Below, in pieces: positions 60,594 to 64,000 of a DNA stretch of 64,000 bases. Made by a program: the position numbers and the translations under genes. The DNA is taken from the NCBI GenBank assembly GCA_963754945.1, contig CAVWIG010000015.1:1-64000 (forward strand), written 5' to 3'. Every line of letters starts with the position of its first letter. The first letter of the stretch is position 1. This DNA is from Methanotrichaceae archaeon (GTDB taxonomy: Archaea > Halobacteriota > Methanosarcinia > Methanotrichales > Methanotrichaceae). Under the pieces are notes generated by a model that did no database searches, was not told where the DNA came from, and saw nothing but the letters and a program-made list of their open reading frames with translations.

Positions 60594-62531
60594 TTATGCT
60601 TCCTTTTTGTCCTGCCATTTTTTGGCTGAAGCTTCCTTGGCTTTCCTGGAAGTTTTGAGGATCTTCCGGCAGGCTTCAATGGCATTCTGACACTTGTCTG
60701 CCTTCTCCCTGGCCTCGGCCGACCTCGGGTCCTCGACAGATTCAAACTCTCTGTAGGCGTCTGAATAAGCTTTAAAGGCTTTCTTGTAGGCTTTTACTGA
60801 CATCTTGCAGTTTTCTGCCTTATCTTCTACGTCCGAAAGAAGGAGGTAAGTGTATCCGATGTCCCTCTGGATTTCTGCATGTTCAAAGGAAGCTATATCT
60901 GCCGAGTAGACCTTCAAGGCGGCTTTGTACGATTCGATGGCCAACTCACAGTTCTCTTTGAGACTTTCAGTCTCGGCGAGGGTTACGTAGGTATAGCCCA
61001 GGTTCTTGAGGGCGTCTGCATAATCATGGCTGTTCTTCTCGTAGATCTCCATAGATCTCTGGCAGGCAACAATAGCCTTCCGGCAGTTTTCGGATTTATC
61101 CTCTACCTCGGCTAGAGTGGTAAAAGCCGTCCAGAGGAGGTTCTGAATCTCAGCGTACTCCGCCGGTTGATCTGTAGGCGTGTAGACCTTCAGGGCTTCG
61201 TCGCAAGCAGCAATGGCCTTATTGCAATCCCATGTCTTGTCCTCGGGGGTGTCCTCCACGTTTGCCAGCATGCTGTAGGTTATGGCTAGATCCTTCTGGC
61301 AAGACGCGTACTGTTCCGGACAGGCTGCTGCGTAGACCTTGAGCCGCTCCTGGCATGCATCCAGGGCCAGGATGCAGTTCTCCGCACGATACTCCGAGTC
61401 GGCCATTGTGGAGTGAGCAACCCACAGATACCCTTGAATATCTGCATAATCTTCAGGGAAATCCTCGATGTTGTAGACCTTGAGCGCCTCCTTACATGCC
61501 TTGACGGCTTCCCGGCAGTTATCGAATTTCTGGTCTGATTCGGCGAGGACTAAGTAGGCATTTGCCAAGTTGCCCTCCGTCAAAGCATACTGAATAGGGA
61601 ACTTCTCGAGGGAATAGACCTCAAGGGCTTTCCTGTAAGCATCAACAGCTCGCTGGCAGTTCTCAAATCCCTCTTCTGTCTCAGCCAGAGTCAGATAAGC
61701 GTTTCCCAGGTTATTCTCTGTGGCTGCATAGTCGAACGGCAAGCGTTCTTTTGTCCTAACCCGAAGGGCGTCATCGCAGGCCTCGATGGCACGCCAGCAG
61801 TTTGTCGCTTTCTCCTTCGCTCTTGATAGCGAGGTATATGCTGCAGCCAGATTGTTTTGAACTGAGGCGTATACAAATGGCGAGCGGTCAAAGGTGTAGA
61901 ACTCCAAGGCCCTAACATAGGCACGTATAGCGTTACCACAATTTTCCTCTCTCGACTCAATTTCTACCAGAGCTGCATAGGCCATTCCCAGGTTGATCTG
62001 CACGTCTGCAAACTTGCCTGGATAGTCTTTAAATGTATAAAATTTGAGGGCTTCCGTGCAGGCTCTTATAGCTAGCCGACAATTGACTTCATTCTTCTCA
62101 GATTCGGCCAGTCTCCTGTAGGCTATTCCAAGGCTGGCCTGTATCTCGGAATAGTCGGTCGAGAAGCTCTCGGGGAGATAATAATTTAGAGCTTCCTTGA
62201 AGGCAGCAGCCGAAGATCGGCAGTTTTCAGCCTTTTGCTCCGTTTCACCCAGACCGAGGTAGGCTGATCCGATAGCCCTCTGGACTCTTGCTCTTTGGGC
62301 AGGATGGTTCTCTGAGGTAAAGGCCTCCAGGGCCATCTGGTAGGCTGTAATTGCCAGCTTGCAGTTCTTCGCCTTATCCTTCTGCTTAGAGATTTCCGAG
62401 TAAATGTCTCCGACCTTCCTCTGAATACCGGCTCTCTGGATAGGGTCCATCTCTAAGGCCAATATCCTCTGGTATGTTCCCAAAGCCTTGTGGCAATCTT
62501 CGACGAGATCAACAGCATTCATTCCCGGCAT
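60594..62531 (-). CDS. tetratricopeptide-like repeat protein
   Basis: About 12 repeats of YA..Q.NLG.AY..LA..E...ENC..AI.A...AL.VY. Confidence 0.9.
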   Translation of the reverse strand: MPGMNAVDLVEDCHKALGTYQRILALEMDPIQRAGIQRKVGDIYSEISKQKDKAKNCKLAITAYQMALEAFTSENHPAQRARVQRAIGSAYLGLGETEQKAENCRSSAAAFKEALNYYLPESFSTDYSEIQASLGIAYRRLAESEKNEVNCRLAIRACTEALKFYTFKDYPGKFADVQINLGMAYAALVEIESREENCGNAIRAYVRALEFYTFDRSPFVYASVQNNLAAAYTSLSRAKEKATNCWRAIEACDDALRVRTKERLPFDYAATENNLGNAYLTLAETEEGFENCQRAVDAYRKALEVYSLEKFPIQYALTEGNLANAYLVLAESDQKFDNCREAVKACKEALKVYNIEDFPEDYADIQGYLWVAHSTMADSEYRAENCILALDACQERLKVYAAACPEQYASCQKDLAITYSMLANVEDTPEDKTWDCNKAIAACDEALKVYTPTDQPAEYAEIQNLLWTAFTTLAEVEDKSENCRKAIVACQRSMEIYEKNSHDYADALKNLGYTYVTLAETESLKENCELAIESYKAALKVYSADIASFEHAEIQRDIGYTYLLLSDVEDKAENCKMSVKAYKKAFKAYSDAYREFESVEDPRSAEAREKADKCQNAIEACRKILKTSRKAKEASAKKWQDKKEA

Positions 62532-62759
62532 CCTTGCTTAGGTATTTCTCCAAGAGTATAAAGATTTAACCTATGTCATATATTGATGAATGTATCCACG
62601 AAGCCTCTTCATAAAGGCCCTGATCGTTTAAGCCTGGCGGAGGAACGAATGATTCAAATGGACTATCATCCTTCTAGCCCTCGCCCTGGTATTTACTGGT
62701 AAACAATATCTGCTGTTTTAAGGGGGGAAGGTGGCCCGTTCGACGTCTCAGGTACACGA

Positions 62760-63626
62760 TCAGTTCGGTGTGAGTGCACCGATCAGATCTGCTGGGGTGA
62801 TTATTCCCCAAGGAACTCCCGAATCTAAGACTACGAGCTGGCTCGACCCACTCCTTCCCAGAACCTTGACAGCTTCGAAGATTAGTTCCTTCGAATCTAT
62901 GGTCAAAAAGTCGTGAGTCATAATATCCCTGACCTTGAGATCGGCCCTGCCGTTCGCTACGGCTCGGGTTATGTCGGTCATGCTGACAAGACCAAGAGAG
63001 CTTTCATCGACCAGCGCCTCTCGGACTCCGTCATGAATCAACGTCATGGCTGCCATTTGAATGGTGACATTAGGATCAATATGAACAGCCCGCTGCGCTA
63101 TCTTCTTGACTGGAATTCTCGGCACTGAAATGATCTCTTTAACGTGAAAAATGAGTCGGGACATGGTGTCGTCCCTTCCTTCGACATCTCCTCGGATGTA
63201 AAGCTTGTTCACTGGGGTAGGTCCGATTCGGATTTCGTCTCCGACGTTGAAGTCCTTCACATTGCCCAATATGCGTACTGTTCCCCCACACTCGTGGGAC
63301 GACATTACCTTATTGAAGACAATCTCGCTCACAGTTACCCCATCGACCACAACTCCGTTCTTAACGATGGGAACAACAACCACGTCGCCAGCGGTGTCCA
63401 GACTGAGGGCTTCGTATGCGGAACCAGTAGCCTTGTATCCACCTTTGGGCCCTGGCACGCCTTCGACTAGGTTCAATGCCCTCAGGGATTGCATCTGGTT
63501 CCTGACAGTGCCTGGGTTGCGGTCAATGAGACCTGCAATCTCCTCGCCCTTGACAGCTCGATCCTCCTTACGATAAATGTTTATTAGGGCGGTCAAGATA
63601 TCTCTTTGAACAGGAGTTAATTCCAT
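62760..63626 (-). CDS. HrcA-like winged-HTH plus CBS-domain regulator
   Basis: LTPVQRDIL, NPGTVRNQMQSL..L.LVEGVPGPKGGY; C-terminal CBS pair. Confidence 0.9.
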   Translation of the reverse strand: MELTPVQRDILTALINIYRKEDRAVKGEEIAGLIDRNPGTVRNQMQSLRALNLVEGVPGPKGGYKATGSAYEALSLDTAGDVVVVPIVKNGVVVDGVTVSEIVFNKVMSSHECGGTVRILGNVKDFNVGDEIRIGPTPVNKLYIRGDVEGRDDTMSRLIFHVKEIISVPRIPVKKIAQRAVHIDPNVTIQMAAMTLIHDGVREALVDESSLGLVSMTDITRAVANGRADLKVRDIMTHDFLTIDSKELIFEAVKVLGRSGSSQLVVLDSGVPWGIITPADLIGALTPN

Positions 63627-63870
63627 TGTTGATCGGCATTAATCATGACTAATGGAATATATAGGTTTGTTGATCTACGGTTCAAACCACGATATTAGAA
63701 TAAAAAATAACACTCGTTGGTCAAGGCATAAAGTTAACTAACCGATGCACTATTAGAGATGCTAAGTTTATGGCCTGACCGAACGTCGACGTGAGCACTA
63801 TACGGAACATGGCCTGCTCACTGGACAACCATGGCCAGAAGTGCACACTCATTCGATAGCTGGAGGATTC

Positions 63871-64000
63871 ATGATGAAGAGATTCGATAAACTACTCGAG
63901 CAGGAAGTCTCAGGCTATAAGGGCAAGCACAGCGAGATCATAATTAAGGCTCCTGCTCTTTACAAGTTGATGACCCGATTGCTGGACGATCCAGCCCTTC
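63871..64000 (+). CDS. 5' part of a DUF1232/YkvA-like protein (runs off the window)
   Basis: GGAGG RBS; MMKRFDKLLEQEVSGYKG...APALYKLMTRLLDDPAL. Confidence 0.6.
   Translation, partial: MMKRFDKLLEQEVSGYKGKHSEIIIKAPALYKLMTRLLDDPAL

Overview
Archaeal chromosomal window, most likely from a methanogen of Methanothrix/Methanosarcinales type. This is inferred from tfuA-ycaO, aIF-5A, Trm5, an archaeal tRNA-Leu and the short methionine synthase. 0.4-7.6 kb holds housekeeping genes (tfuA, ycaO, PaaI thioesterase, aminotransferase, aIF5A, metE-like, thrC). 7.8-31.4 kb is an AT-rich, IS-riddled accessory region. It contains tRNA-Leu(CAA) and two tandem tyrosine-integrase elements sharing a 64-bp att repeat, with disrupted cargo (AbiTii-like defence gene, PD-(D/E)xK-like gene, P-loop/Cys protein) and a broken PAS histidine kinase. 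31.5-37.1 kb is an intact co-oriented cooS-cooF-fdhA-FeS-FeS cluster, a candidate natural CO:formate oxidoreductase and the best 'new system' candidate. 37.5-45 kb carries a sequon-repeat surface protein, Trm5, MBL and EEP hydrolases, and three copies of the EEP 3' end separated by toxin-antitoxin cargo. 45-50.7 kb is a voltage-sensor-domain/CorA fusion gene broken by two IS256 copies (with inversion of the intervening DNA) and an IS110 with a recognisable bridge-RNA-like end. 50.9-64 kb has argB, pycB/oadA, yjbQ, a CHAT-NB-ARC-TPR protein, panE, a TPR protein and a CBS-HTH regulator. Many single-base frameshifts fall in short homopolymers and may be sequencing errors. All calls come from reading motifs by eye; no searches were run.
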